A stretch of 64,000 nucleotides of DNA from Lytechinus pictus (lineage: Eukaryota): NCBI RefSeq assembly GCF_037042905.1, contig NC_087245.1, positions 21,888,001 through 21,952,000 of the forward strand, read 5' to 3'. This document shows, one piece after another, positions 27,011-39,562 of this stretch (the first letter of the stretch is position 1; each line of letters begins with the position of its first letter). The notes beneath the pieces were generated by a model. That model had not been told where the DNA came from and did no database searches. It worked only from the letters and a program-made list of their open reading frames with translations. The position numbers were made by a program, and so were the translations under genes.

Positions 27011-30000
27011 TGTGTAAGTTGCCTTAAAATTGTAAAGAATAACCATAGGGCATTACAGTGCACAAAGTGCAGAAAGTGGGTTCATATATGTTGCACTGAT
27101 ATAAGTATTAAAACGTACAATGATCCTTCTCATCATTTCTTTAATTGGGAATGTTCGAAATGTCTTTTTAATCATTTACCCTTCTTTAGTATTGATGACG
27201 ACTTTTTGAATGATATTCAAAATGCTCATGATATATCTGATTGTGATTCCACCCATGTAATGAATGTACAAAATCCTTTGAATGTTGACTGTTTGAAAGG
27301 CAAAGGTCTTAAATTTGCTCATCTTAATGTCCGGAGCCTTCTCCGTAATATAGATGAAATCAAATTGTTTTTACATAGTAACGATGTTCATCTTCTTGCA
27401 TTAAATGAAACATTCCTTGATGATTCTATTTATGACAGTGAACTAAATATTGATAATTTTAACCTTGTTCGAAAAGACAAAAATAGGGATGATGGCGGAG
27501 TGGCTGTGTATATACGTAATTCTTTGTCTTCTGAACTTATCAAATATGATGTTGTAAATTCCTTAGAAATCATTCCATTAATTATTCGACCAAAATTCTC
27601 TAATCCAATCATTTTTCTTACTTGGTATAGACCACCAAATAGCAATGTTCATTTATATCTTCAATATGAAAATTTGTTATCATTCTTGGATAGTTTTAAT
27701 TATTCAATTATTGTCATGGGAGACACAAACTGTGATTTACTGAAAATATCTGGATCGTCCGATTTAAAACGTTTAAGTGATATACATAACTTATTTTCAC
27801 TACAGCAAGTTAATACAACAGATTATACCAGGATTACAGCAAAAACAATGACACTCAATTGAGAAAATAAAATCACATGGTGTTTTGCATGTTGGAATGA
27901 GTGATCACTCTTTAAGTTATTTAATATGGAAGTCAAAAACTGAAAATTCTTCTCGAGTTATTAATTATAGAAATTTTTCTGGTTTTGATTTAGAATCTTA
28001 TTTAGATTATTTAAGTAATCAACCTTGGCATGAAATTCTTGATTGTACGTGTATCAGTGAAGCAGTCAGTAAATGGGAGGGTTTACTTATGAATTTTGTT
28101 AACCAGCATATGCCTATCAAGAGCAAGAAAATTAGAAATAAGAAGTCTCCATGGATGAATTCATATATTTTTGAATTGATAAGAAAAAGAGATAAATTAA
28201 AGCGAAAAGCTTGGAGAAATAATGAAAGAATATAGAAAACTGAGAAATAATGTTACTTTTGAGATAAGGAAAAGAAAGAAAAAATATTATTCGGAAAAAA
28301 TATTGAAAATAAAAGAAAACTCTGGTAACACCTGGAAAGTATTGACATCTTTATTACCACGTACTAATAGTAATAAAAATACATTTCAAACAGATAGTGA
28401 AAGTTTGTTCGAAAAAAGTGAAAAATTTAACGAGTATTTTGCAAACGTTGGTAATCATTTAGCATCCACAATTCCTATTACACATGAATCCATATCTGAT
28501 CAAGAGTATCAAGCCGTATCTTCTTTCAATTTTAGAGTATTATCAGAGGCAGCTGTTTTTAAAGAAATTAACCTCTTGAAAAATAAACCTTCATATGGAA
28601 TTGATGGAATCACTGCACAGTTTTTAAAGTTATCTTCTGCTGTTATAGTTCCTTCTTTAACTTATCTTTTTAATAAGTCACTGCTAGATTGTGTTTTTCC
28701 TAATCAGTTTAAAACTGCTAAAGTAATACCATTGTTTAAATCTGGTAACAAGGATGACCCTTCTAATTTTAGACCCATATCAATTTTACCAACTGTTTCG
28801 AAAATTCTTGAGAAACTTGTTAGTAATCAATTGAAATCTTACATGAAAGAAAACAATATACTTTGTACCGAACAGTCGGGCTTCAGAGAAAAGCATTCGA
28901 CTGTAACATCTTTATTGAAAGTTACCGATGAATGGTTGAAAGCAATGGATAATGGTCTTTATACTGGTGCTGTGTTCATCGACCTGAAAAAAGCCTTTGA
29001 CACCGTAGATACTACAATACTTATTAGAAAACTCTCAAGAATTGGTGTTTCGGCGGATGCCTTACACTGGTTCGAAAGTTACTTGTATAATAGGAAGATG
29101 TGTACTTTAATAGATTCTGTAATATCAAATATATCATATATAACCTATGGAATTCCTCAGGGCTCCATACTTGGACCAATTTTATTTACAATTTACATAA
29201 ATGATCTCATAATACAAGTAAAAAACTGCAAATTGCATTTATATGCAGATGATACAGTGTTATATTATTCTCATAGAAATATTGATATTATTGAAAAAAA
29301 TATAAATTTTGATCTCCGTAAAATTCATAACTGGTTATGTTGTAATAAACTAAGTCTTAATGTTAATAAAACCATTTGCATGTTATTTGGGACTGGGACA
29401 ATGCTATCTAAATATGATACTTTAAATGTAACTATATCTGGTAAACGTATTGATCAACGAAATACTGTTAAATATCTGGGAATGTACCTTGATCCAAAGT
29501 TAAAATGGAATATACATATTGACGAAATGTGCACTAAAATTAGTAAGGTAGTCAGCTTTCTGGCCCGTCTTAGACATTTTATATCAGAATCCAATCTTAA
29601 GATAGTTTACAATTCTATTATCCTTCCACTTTTTGATTATGCAGATATTGTTTATGAATCGGCAAGCAAAAAATACACTGACCGTTTGCAAAAATTACAA
29701 AATAGGGCCGGACGTCTCATTTTAAAAATAAATCCGTTTAATCCCGTTTCAAACAATGATATTCATATCAAATTAGGATGGCAGTCTCTCAAATCAAGGC
29801 GTAAATCACATTTAAACATAATGGTATACAAATCCCTTCATAACTTAGCCCCACCTTATTTAGAAGAGTCTTTCCAATATTGTAATTATTCGTATTCTCT
29901 CCGATCGCAAGGAAATATTAAAATTCCCAAACCCAAGGGTGAATGCTGTCGAAGAACGTTCTTATATAGAGGATCACGAGGATATAATGATCTACCATCT

Positions 30001-30426
30001 ACAATAAAATTATCAAATAGCCTATTTACTTTTTTATAAAATTTAAATCAGATAATTCAGCCTTGCCCTGACCTTTAAAAGAAATACTAGCGACAAGTGG
30101 GTGGGTGGGGGAGGGGAGTCGCGTTAGGGTATAGATGTATTCTCTTGCATTCTTTTTGTTGTTTTTCATTATTGTTTAGCTCAATTATTTCTAATGTATA
30201 ATTCTATTTTATATCATGTACAGTAACTGTTGTTATGTCGTGTTATGTACAGTATATGTTGTTACGTATTCTCTGGACCCCAGGGAAGAACAGTTTTGTT
30301 ATATTAACAAAGCTGAGTGGGTTTATCCAGCCATCTCACTATACTTTTGATTTTATTATGTACATACATTTACCTTGTATTGTTTTTAACATTGTGATAT
30401 GGAAAATAAATACCAATACCAATACC
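27011..30426 (+). mobile_element. CR1-group (L2/Crack-like) LINE: PHD finger, APE endonuclease and RT; copy 1, two frame breaks
   Basis: Endonuclease motifs HLNVRSL, LNETFL, GGVAVY, YRPP, GDTN, SDH. RT motifs FRPISILP, QSGFR, DLKKAFDTV, GIPQGSILGP, YADDT. The 3' end is AATAAA plus (TACCAA)n. The true 5' end is not determined. Confidence 0.93.
28222..30039 (+). CDS. LINE reverse transcriptase ORF segment (605 aa)
   Basis: Uninterrupted RT domain with YADD; part of a frameshifted ORF2. Confidence 0.85.
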   Translation: MKEYRKLRNNVTFEIRKRKKKYYSEKILKIKENSGNTWKVLTSLLPRTNSNKNTFQTDSESLFEKSEKFNEYFANVGNHLASTIPITHESISDQEYQAVSSFNFRVLSEAAVFKEINLLKNKPSYGIDGITAQFLKLSSAVIVPSLTYLFNKSLLDCVFPNQFKTAKVIPLFKSGNKDDPSNFRPISILPTVSKILEKLVSNQLKSYMKENNILCTEQSGFREKHSTVTSLLKVTDEWLKAMDNGLYTGAVFIDLKKAFDTVDTTILIRKLSRIGVSADALHWFESYLYNRKMCTLIDSVISNISYITYGIPQGSILGPILFTIYINDLIIQVKNCKLHLYADDTVLYYSHRNIDIIEKNINFDLRKIHNWLCCNKLSLNVNKTICMLFGTGTMLSKYDTLNVTISGKRIDQRNTVKYLGMYLDPKLKWNIHIDEMCTKISKVVSFLARLRHFISESNLKIVYNSIILPLFDYADIVYESASKKYTDRLQKLQNRAGRLILKINPFNPVSNNDIHIKLGWQSLKSRRKSHLNIMVYKSLHNLAPPYLEESFQYCNYSYSLRSQGNIKIPKPKGECCRRTFLYRGSRGYNDLPSTIKLSNSLFTFL

Positions 30427-31160
30427 ACCCCCCCCCCCCGGGCGCCTGTATGCCAGTGATTGAACGTGATTGAACGGAGGGGCGTTATACAGCCATTTGA
30501 AGGTTATAAATGAAGAGCCCCTACTGCGTTGGGTCTGGGGCAAAGCCCCGGTAGCTTATTTGCATAAAATTTAGCAAGCTTATAGCACAATGTTGTATGC
30601 AGTCCATCTTTCTTCCCGCTCTTTAATTTCAATCATCGGCAGCCCGGTCGTGTTATTATTTTTTTTCTTGTCCCTTTTCTTTGTTTTCCAATTTAGCTTT
30701 TGATTAGTTACATTCTATCTTCGTTTCCCGCTATTGTTTGCCATTTTGATTTTATTATGTACATACATTTACCTTGTATTGTTTTTAACATTGTGATATG
30801 GAAAATAAATACCAATACCAATACCAATACCACCCCCTCCCCCCCCCCCCCCCGGGCGCCTGTATGCCAGTGATTGAACGTGATTGAACGGAGGGACGTT
30901 ATACAGCCATTTGAAGGTTATAAATGAAGAGCCCCTACTGCGTTGGGTCTGGGGCAAAGCCCCGGTAGCTTATTTGCATAAAATTTAGCAAGCTTATAGC
31001 ACAATATTGTATGCAGTCCATCTTTCTTCCCGCTCTTTAATTTCAATCATCGGCAGCCCGGTCGTGTTATTATTTTTTTTCTTGTCCCTTTTCTTTGTTT
31101 TCCAATTTAGCTTTTGATTAATTACATTCTATCTTCGTTTCCCGCTATTGTTTGCCATTT
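30345..31160. repeat. about 400-bp local tandem duplication of the LINE tail and flank (unit 1 only)
   Basis: 30345-30743 is repeated at 30744-31160; unit 2 has a single copy. Confidence 0.85.
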
Positions 31161-32067
31161 TGTCATCTTTTAATTTATTTCCCACCGTGCTATTCCATTA
31201 AAAAGGCCTATTTCGGAATGATTTGTTCTTTCTCAAATGTTCTTCTTTCGTACATTTTCCCACTTTCCTTCCTTTTCCATTAAAAAAAAGTTTTTTCTTC
31301 GTTTTCTTTTCACTTTTCCCTTTCCTTCCCCTTTCCCTTTCTTTCTCCCTCCTTATTTTCTTTTTCCCGTTTTTATTTTATTTTCCCGGTAAAAATCCGC
31401 CAGGGGGACAACTTGCCCCCCTGCCCCCCCCCCCCCCTGCCTGTTACGCCACTGATAGAGCTACTCCCCAGGGCTCAAACTCCGAAGTAGATGTTGCTGG
31501 ATCCTTGGGTATGTAGCAATCTGCCCTCCGCAATCCATACTCGCCATACACCTCGAGGAAAGCCCTGTTGGAACCTTGGATATCCTGGTTAGCTATTATC
31601 CACAGCTAGCCTTCTTGGTCACAAGACCGTATAAAGTGAACAATAAAAAAAAACGCAGGATGTGTTAACTATATGAAAAAAAAAATTATTTACTCAACAG
31701 CAATGAATCGATTACAAATTGACCTCAAATCAAACGCAAATCGCTACTGTATTATCAAAAGAATGCCCCCGCCCCCCGAAAAAAGTTATTTTGGGTGTAA
31801 AGATTTAAAAGTATAATGTTGACAATTTCATCAAAATCTAAATTTTCAGCATTATACCTGTTTGATATTTACACCTGTATTGCAAATTCTATTTTTGTGA
31901 ATCTATATTTTGCTGTTAATATATATGTATATATATATATTTATATACATATATACATAGTGTCCTGATGAGCCGCAAAGTCTATTATTGTAAATCTATA
32001 TTTTGCTGTTAATATATATGTATATATATATATATATATATGTATACATATATATATATATATGTAT

Positions 32068-32100
<33 letters not shown>

Positions 32101-32610
32101 TACATATGTATAAAATGACGTATATATATATATATCTATACACACATATATATATATATACATGTATATATATATTTAAAAAACCTTTTGTAAGCACATA
32201 CTTTTCAGCCAGTGGCTGCCGTATGTGTATTGTTGTTTGAGAAATAAATAAACCATGAATATATTTCTCTTTTTATTAAAATCAGCACTTTGGGAGAGAG
32301 AAATTTGCATTCTATATACATTGATAACCTCGTAGTTTTCACATATGCCCTACAGGTGACAGGGGGAGGTGACGCCTATCCCCGAAATGTTGATATTTTA
32401 ACCACCACCATCACCATCTTTATTACCTACTACTACTCCTACCACCACCACATCATAGTACCATCATCATCAGATCCACCACCACACCCTTCACCACCAC
32501 CACCACCACTACTTCTACTACTACTACTACTACTACTACTGCTATTACTACTGCTATTACTATTTTAACTGCTACTACTACTAATGATAATAATATTAGT
32601 GATAATAATA

Positions 32611-32652
<42 letters not shown>

Positions 32653-35028
32653 GTATTAATGATAATGATATTGATAATAACAATAATTCGGCACTAGGTA
32701 CTAATATTACTACCTGATGTTGCTGTAGCTACCACTATAACTGCATGAACGACGACAAATACTACTACCATTTTTACCCGATGGCAAGTACTTTTTCCAC
32801 TACACACACTAATAAAAAGTATGGAATAATTTTTAATAGCATTAATGCTCATTCAACTATCTTGGATAATCTTTCCTTCATTATGCAAATTCAATTAAAA
32901 ATGTATATAATCAGAAAATCACATAAGAGGATTAATCTTTTGTAGGGTTGTGTAAAGGTTCTAATCGAATCTATCGGCATTTTCCAGAAAGCATTCATAT
33001 GAGTCACAATAAAAATGAAAAAGCAACCCAACATTGATCTTACATTTCATATTTCTAGTCAACTGTAAAAGAAATAAACAGATATTTGTGAATAAACATG
33101 ACTAATAGTACCACATATAATTTGAAGATTGAACAGGTAGAAATTATTATTTCCAGAGGTTTGGAAAGATTAGTTTTATTGATAGATTTCTCTCATTTTC
33201 TCATCATTAATGATTGGTACCCCATCAGAAAAATATCCAACTTTCTTGAAATCTCCCTTTTTCTATGACGATTGCTTCAATTGACTTAAATGTGAGTTTA
33301 AAGTTACAAAATGACCCAAGTCAATTGTAGAAAAGAGGCCCGTTTCATATAACTATTTGCAACTTTATCATCATGGCAAATGCCATGCATGGTAACATGG
33401 TTTAACAGCCAATCCGGGAGCCAATTACAATTAGTGTTACCATAATGGTAGAGTTACAATAGTTGCATTTTTAAACGAGCCCATTTAGATCATGGGTCCA
33501 TGTTTAGATGAGGATCATATTATCTATCGACTCTTGTTTCCAATATGGTCTTTTCCCCTTATGGTATATTCATAACAAATAGGATTTCACGTTCTTGAAA
33601 ATTTCATAATAATATGTTGGTCACATTACCAAGCTAGCATTTAATTAACTCAGATTAGCATCATTACAAGATCTTTTTTTATTTTTCATTGGAGGGGGTT
33701 CAAGGTAGAATGTATGGTACATAATTATGTCATTCCCAAAACTGAAATAAGCTTTCACGAAGGACTAACTTGATTGTTAACTCCAGGGATACACGGTATA
33801 CGGGTGAAAATGAATGCATAGACTCTAAGAATCAGTTTACCATCAGGACAACAAAATGAATAACTTTCATATCTTTTGTCGGAATGTCCTGAAACTTGCT
33901 AGATGAATTATCTTCCCATTTTGATAACTGCCATTCATCAAACGAAATACTGAAGCTCTATCTGTCGACTTCATGAACGAACCAAGCTATTTCTGTTGGA
34001 GAAACACAGGCAGCGTAGCACGTAGGAGATAGAGCTCAGCGGCGTAACAGGGGTCGGTGGCCAGGGGGAGGGGGCAAGAGCCAAACATTTCCCGGTCATA
34101 TCATGGTATGAACAGGCGTAATGGTGTAATGAAGCGACTATTTGAGATGGCCAGATATTGCGTATCGTGCAAAATTTATCTTTAAAAAAAGTTGCGAGCG
34201 AGCGAAGCGAGAGAGCAAAAATTTTGACCTTTTTAATACAAAATTCAAATTTTTTGATAGATTCTGACATGATATCCAGAAAAAAACATATTTCACTCTT
34301 CTCTCTTTAGATTCCCTTTTTTTTTCTTTGCGGCAGTAGCGTGAAGAGCAAAAAAAAAAAAGAGGGGCGCAGTATAGCACATGTGCTAAAGAGCTGCTTT
34401 ATATAAGTCCCGAGCGAGCGAAGCGAGCGAGAAAAAAAAAACCTTTTCATGAGAATCTAAATTTGAGCTATTATTGACATTATATTCATTCAGTAAATAA
34501 AATCATATCCTATACTTTTCCTTTGCTTTTCTTTCCTCCTTTTTTTTTCTTGTTTGTAGAACTTTTTGGAGCCATTGCCCAACCATTCCATACGCAGTGC
34601 TGTGGCGGTTGGGGTCAGGGGCGGAGCCCCCGGAACTTTTTGATATCAAAGCAATTTAAACCTCGCAGATTGCCGCTATTTTAATCAAATCGCGGGCATA
34701 TACAGAATATAGCTTTTACACAACGCATTCATTTAACCCAGTTGCGTAATGAACCAAATATTTTGAGGGGGCAAAACATAGCAATGTGGGAAAAATTTGT
34801 AAAAAGTCGCCAGCGTGCAAAGCGAGCTGGAAAAAAATTGCCTATTGAAATTAAATTCTAATTATGTGATAGATTTTTCCAATATATTCAGCAAATAACT
34901 CATACCATTATACGTTGTCTCCTATAATTTCTTTTATTTCCTCTTGGGTGTGGAACCAAGACATGATTGTCATGATAAATTCAGTATGACTAATGACTTT
35001 TTATATATATTGGTGCATTCTTGTTTAA

Positions 35029-35619
35029 AGGTCAAGTCCACCCCATGAAAATGCTGACATGAATAAATAGAAAAAAATCAAACTAGCATAGTGCTGAAAA
35101 TTTCATCAAAATCGGACGTAAAATAAGAAAGTTATGACATTTTAAAATTTCGCTTATTTTTTTACAAAATAGTGATATGCACAACTAGGTGAGTCAGTCG
35201 ATGATGTCCATCACTCACTATTTCTTTTGTTTTTTATTGTTTGAATTATACAATATTTCATTTTTTATAGATTTGACAATAAGGACCAACATGACTGAAC
35301 CATATAGTATTAGACAATGCTAATTCCACATGTTCAGGGAGGAATTAATCGTTGTATCACTTGACAATGAGGAGAAAATTAGAATATTTCATATTTGATA
35401 TATTAAAATACAAAAGAAATATTGAGTGGATGACGTCATAGTCTCCTCATTTGCATACCAGCCAGGATGTGCATATAACTGTTCTGTGAAATTAAGCGAA
35501 ATTTAAAATCCCATAACTTTCTTATTTTACATCCGAATTTGATGAAATTTTTAGTGTTATGCTTGTTGGATTTTTCTCTTTTTATTCAAATCAACTTTTT
35601 GTTGGGGTGGACTTGTCCT
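35029..35619. mobile_element. TTAA-flanked MITE (Kolobok-like), copy 2
   Basis: Same as 26313-26903. Confidence 0.85.
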
Positions 35620-35726
35620 TTAATCGTATTAAATCCAATAATCCTTTAAGTTGTTGGTTTTTTTATTTTTATTTTTTATTTGTTAAGTTGCTTTGATATA
35701 TATATATTTGTATTCTTTGTTTTTCG

Positions 35727-38700
35727 TGTGTAAGTTGCCTTAAAATTGTAAAGAATAACCATAGGGCATTACAGTGCACAAAGTGCAGAAAGTGGGTTCA
35801 TATATGTTGCACTGATATAAGTATTAAAACGTACAATGATCCTTCTCATCATTTCTTTAATTGGGAATGTTCGAAATGTCTTTTTAATCATTTACCCTTC
35901 TTTAGTATTGATGACGACTTTTTAAATGATATTCAAAATGCTCATGATATATCTGATTGTGATTCCACCCATGTAATGAATATACAAAATCCTTTGAATG
36001 TTGACTGTTTGAAAGGCAAAGGTCTTAAATTTGCTCATCTTAATGTCCGGAGCCTTCTCCGTAATATAGATGAAATCAAATTGTTTTTACATAGTAACGA
36101 TGTTCTTCTTCTTGCATTAAAAATGAAACATTCCTTGGTGATTCTATTTATGACAGTGAACTAAATATTGATCATTTTAACCTTGTTCGAAAAGACAGAA
36201 ATAGGGATGGTGGCGGAGTGGCTGTGTATATACGTAATTCTTTGTCTTCTGAACTTATCAAATATGATGTTGTATATTCCTTAGAAATCATTCCATTAAT
36301 TATTCGACCCAAATTCTCTAATCCAATAATTTTTCTTACTTGGTATAGACCACCAAATAGCAATGTTCATTTATATCTTCAATATGAAAATTTGTTATCA
36401 TTCTTGGATAGTTTTAATTATTCAATTATTGTCATGGGAGACACAAACTGTGATTTACTGAAAATATCTTGATCGTCCGATTTAAAACGTTTAAGTGATA
36501 TACATAACTTATTTTCACTACAGCAAGTTAATACAACAGATTATACCAGGATTACAGCAAAAACAATGACACTCAATTGAGAAAATAAAATCACATGGTG
36601 TTTTGCATGTTGGAATGAGTGATCACTCTTTAAGTTATTTAATATGGAAGTCAAAAACTGAAAATTCTTCTCGAGTTATTAATTATAGAAATTTTTCTGG
36701 TTTTGATTTAGAATCTTATTTAGATTATTTAAGTAATCAACCTTGGCATGAAATTCTTGACTGTACGTGTATCAGTGAATCAGTCAGTAAATGGGAGGGT
36801 TTACTTATGAATGTTGTTAACCAGCATATGCCTATCAAGAGCAAGAAAATTAGAAATAAGAAGTCTCCATGGATGAATTCATATATTTTTGAATTGATAA
36901 GAAAAAGAGATAAATTAAAGCGAAAAGCTTGGAGAAATAATGAAAGAATATAGAAAACTGAGAAATAATTTTACTTTTGAGATAAGGAAAAGAAAGAAAA
37001 AATATTATTCGGAAAAAATATTGAAAATAAAAGAAAACTCTGGTAACACCTGGAAAGTATTGACATCTTTATTACCACGTACTAATAGTAATAAAAATAC
37101 ATTTCAAACAGATAGTGAAAGTTTGTTCGAAAAAAGTGAAAAATTTAACGAGTATTTTGCAAACGTTGGTAATCATTTAGCATCCACAATTCCTATTACA
37201 CATGAATCCATATCTGATCAAGAGTATCAAGCCGTATCTTCTTTCAATTTTAGAGTATTATCAGAGGCAGCTGTTTTTAAAGAAATTAACCTCTTGAAAA
37301 ATAAACCTTCATATGGAATTGATGGAATCACTGCACAGTTTTTAAAGTTATCTTCTGCTGTTATAGTTCCTTCTTTAACTTATCTTTTTAATAAGTCACT
37401 GCTAGATTGTGTTTTTCCTAATCAGTTTAAAACTGCTAAAGCAATGCCATTATTTAAATCTGGTAACAAGGATGACCCTTCTAATTTTAGACCCATATCA
37501 ATTTGACCAACTGTTTCGAAAATTCTTGAGAAACTTGTTAGTAATCAATTGAAATCTTACATGAAAGAAAACAATATACTTTGTACCGAACAGTCGGGCT
37601 TCAGAGAAAAGCATTCGACTGTAACATCTTTATTGAAAGTTACCGATGAATGGTTGAAAGCAATGGATAATGGTCTTTATACTGGTGCTGTGTTCATCGA
37701 CCTAAAAAAGCCTTTGACACCGTAGATACTACAATACTTATTAGAAAACTCTCAAGAATTGGTGTTTCGGCGGATGCCTTACACTGGTTCGAAAGTTACT
37801 TGTATAATAGGAAGATGTGTACTTTCATAGATTCTGTAATATCAAATATATCATATATAACCTATGGAATTCCTCAGGGCTCCAAACTTGGACCAATTTT
37901 ATTTACAATTTACATAAATGATCTCATAATACAAGTAAAAAAACTGCAAATTGCATTTATATGCAGATGATACAGTGTTATATTATTCTCATAGAAATAT
38001 TGATATTATTGAAAAAAATATAAATTTTGATCTCCGTAAAATCCATAACTGGTTATGTTGTAATAAACTAAGTCTTAATGTTAATAAAACCATTTGCATG
38101 TTATTTGGGACTGAGACAATGCTATCTAAATATGATACTTTAAATGTAACTATATCTGGTAAACGTATTGATCAACGAAATACTGTTAAATATCTGGGAA
38201 TGTACCTTGATCCAAAGTTAAAATGGAATATACATATTGACGAAATGTGCACTAAAATTAGTAAGGTAGTCAGCTTTCTGGCCCGTCTTAGACATTTTAT
38301 ATCAGAATCCAATCTTAAGATAGTTTACAATTCTATTATCCTTCCACTTTTTGATTTTGCAGATATTGTTTATGAATCGGCAAGCAAAAAATACACTGAC
38401 CGTTTGCAAAAATTACAAAATAGGGCCGGACGTCTCATTTTAAAAATAAATCCGTTTTAAAATCACGTTTCAAACAATGATATTCATATCAAATTAGGAT
38501 GGCAGTCTCTCAAATCAAGGCGTAAATCACATTTGAACATAATGGTATACAAATCCCTTCATAACTTAGCCCCACCTTATTTAGAAGAGTCTTTCCAATA
38601 TTGTAATTTATTCGTATTCTCTCCGATCGCAAGGAAATATTAAAATTCCCAAACCCAAGGGTGAATGCTGTCGAAGAACGTTCTTATATAGAGGATCACG

Positions 38701-39160
38701 AGGATATAATGATCTACCATCTACAATAAAATTATCAAATAGCCTATTTACTTTTTATAAAAATTTAAATCAGATAATTCAGCCTTGCCCTGACCTTTAA
38801 AAGAAATTCTAGCGACAAGTGGGTGGGTGGGGGAAGGGAGTCGCGTTAGGGTATAGATGTATTCTCTTGCATTCTTTTTGTTGTTTTTCATTATTGTTTA
38901 GCTCAATTATTTCTAATGTATAATTCTATTTTATATCATGTACAGTAACTGTTGTTATGTCGTGTTATGTACAGTATCTGTTGTTACGTATTCTCTGGAC
39001 CCCAGGGAAGAACAGTTTTGTTATATTAACAAAGCTGAGTGGGTTTATCCAGCCATCTCACTATACTTTTGATTTTATTATGTACATACATTTACCTTGT
39101 ATTGTTTTTAACATTGTGATATGGAAAATAAATACCAATACCAATACCAATACCAATACC
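35727..39160 (+). mobile_element. CR1-group LINE, copy 2, more disrupted
   Basis: Near-identical to copy 1, with extra stops (36470, 37504) and several frameshifts. Confidence 0.92.
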
Positions 39161-39562
39161 ACCCCCCCCCCCCGCGCGCCTGTATGCCAGTGATTGAACG
39201 TGATTGAACGGGGGGGGGGGGGCGTTATACAGCCATTTGAAGGTTATAAATGAAGAGCCCCTACTGCGTTAGGTCTGGGGCAAAGCCCCGGTAGCTTATT
39301 TGCATAAAATTTAGCAAGCTTATAGCACAATGTTGTATGCAGTCCATCTTTCTTCCCGCTCTTTAATTTCAATCATCGGCAGGCCGGTCGTGTTATTATT
39401 TTTTTTCTTGTCCCTTTTCTTTGTTTTCCAATTTAGCTTTTGATTAATTACATTATATCTTCGTTTCCCGCTATTGTTTGCCATTTTGTCATCTTTTGAT
39501 TTATTTCCCACCGTGCTATTCCATTAAAAAGGCCTATTTCGGAATTATCTGTTCTTTCTTAA

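Larger units (their letters stand above)
25320..31454. mobile_element. 6.1-kb hAT-like composite element, copy 1
   Basis: TIRs CAGCGGCGTAACAGG / CCTGTTACGCCACTG and 8-bp TSD ATAGAGCT. The empty site is visible at 45123-45130. No transposase ORF. Confidence 0.92.
23102..31623. repeat. tandem segmental duplication, unit 1 (TRIM 3' end and downstream flank plus hAT composite)
   Basis: Near-identical to 31624-42386 and, without the insertion, to 42387-45295. Each unit starts AGACCGTATA.AGTGAACAATAAA. Confidence 0.93.
25241..31627 (-). pseudogene. duplicated TRIM C-terminal fragment (25241-25319 plus 31455-31627) split by the hAT-like element
   Basis: Matches 45052-45295 and carries an AAG>TAG nonsense change at 31606-31608. 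Confidence 0.85.

Noticed and set aside
31960..31980. CTGATGA hammerhead-like core (GTGTCCTGATGAGCC) beside a TA tract
   Set aside because: No stem II or GAAA follows. It is a filler of about 15 nt inside a small local duplication, at most a ribozyme fragment.
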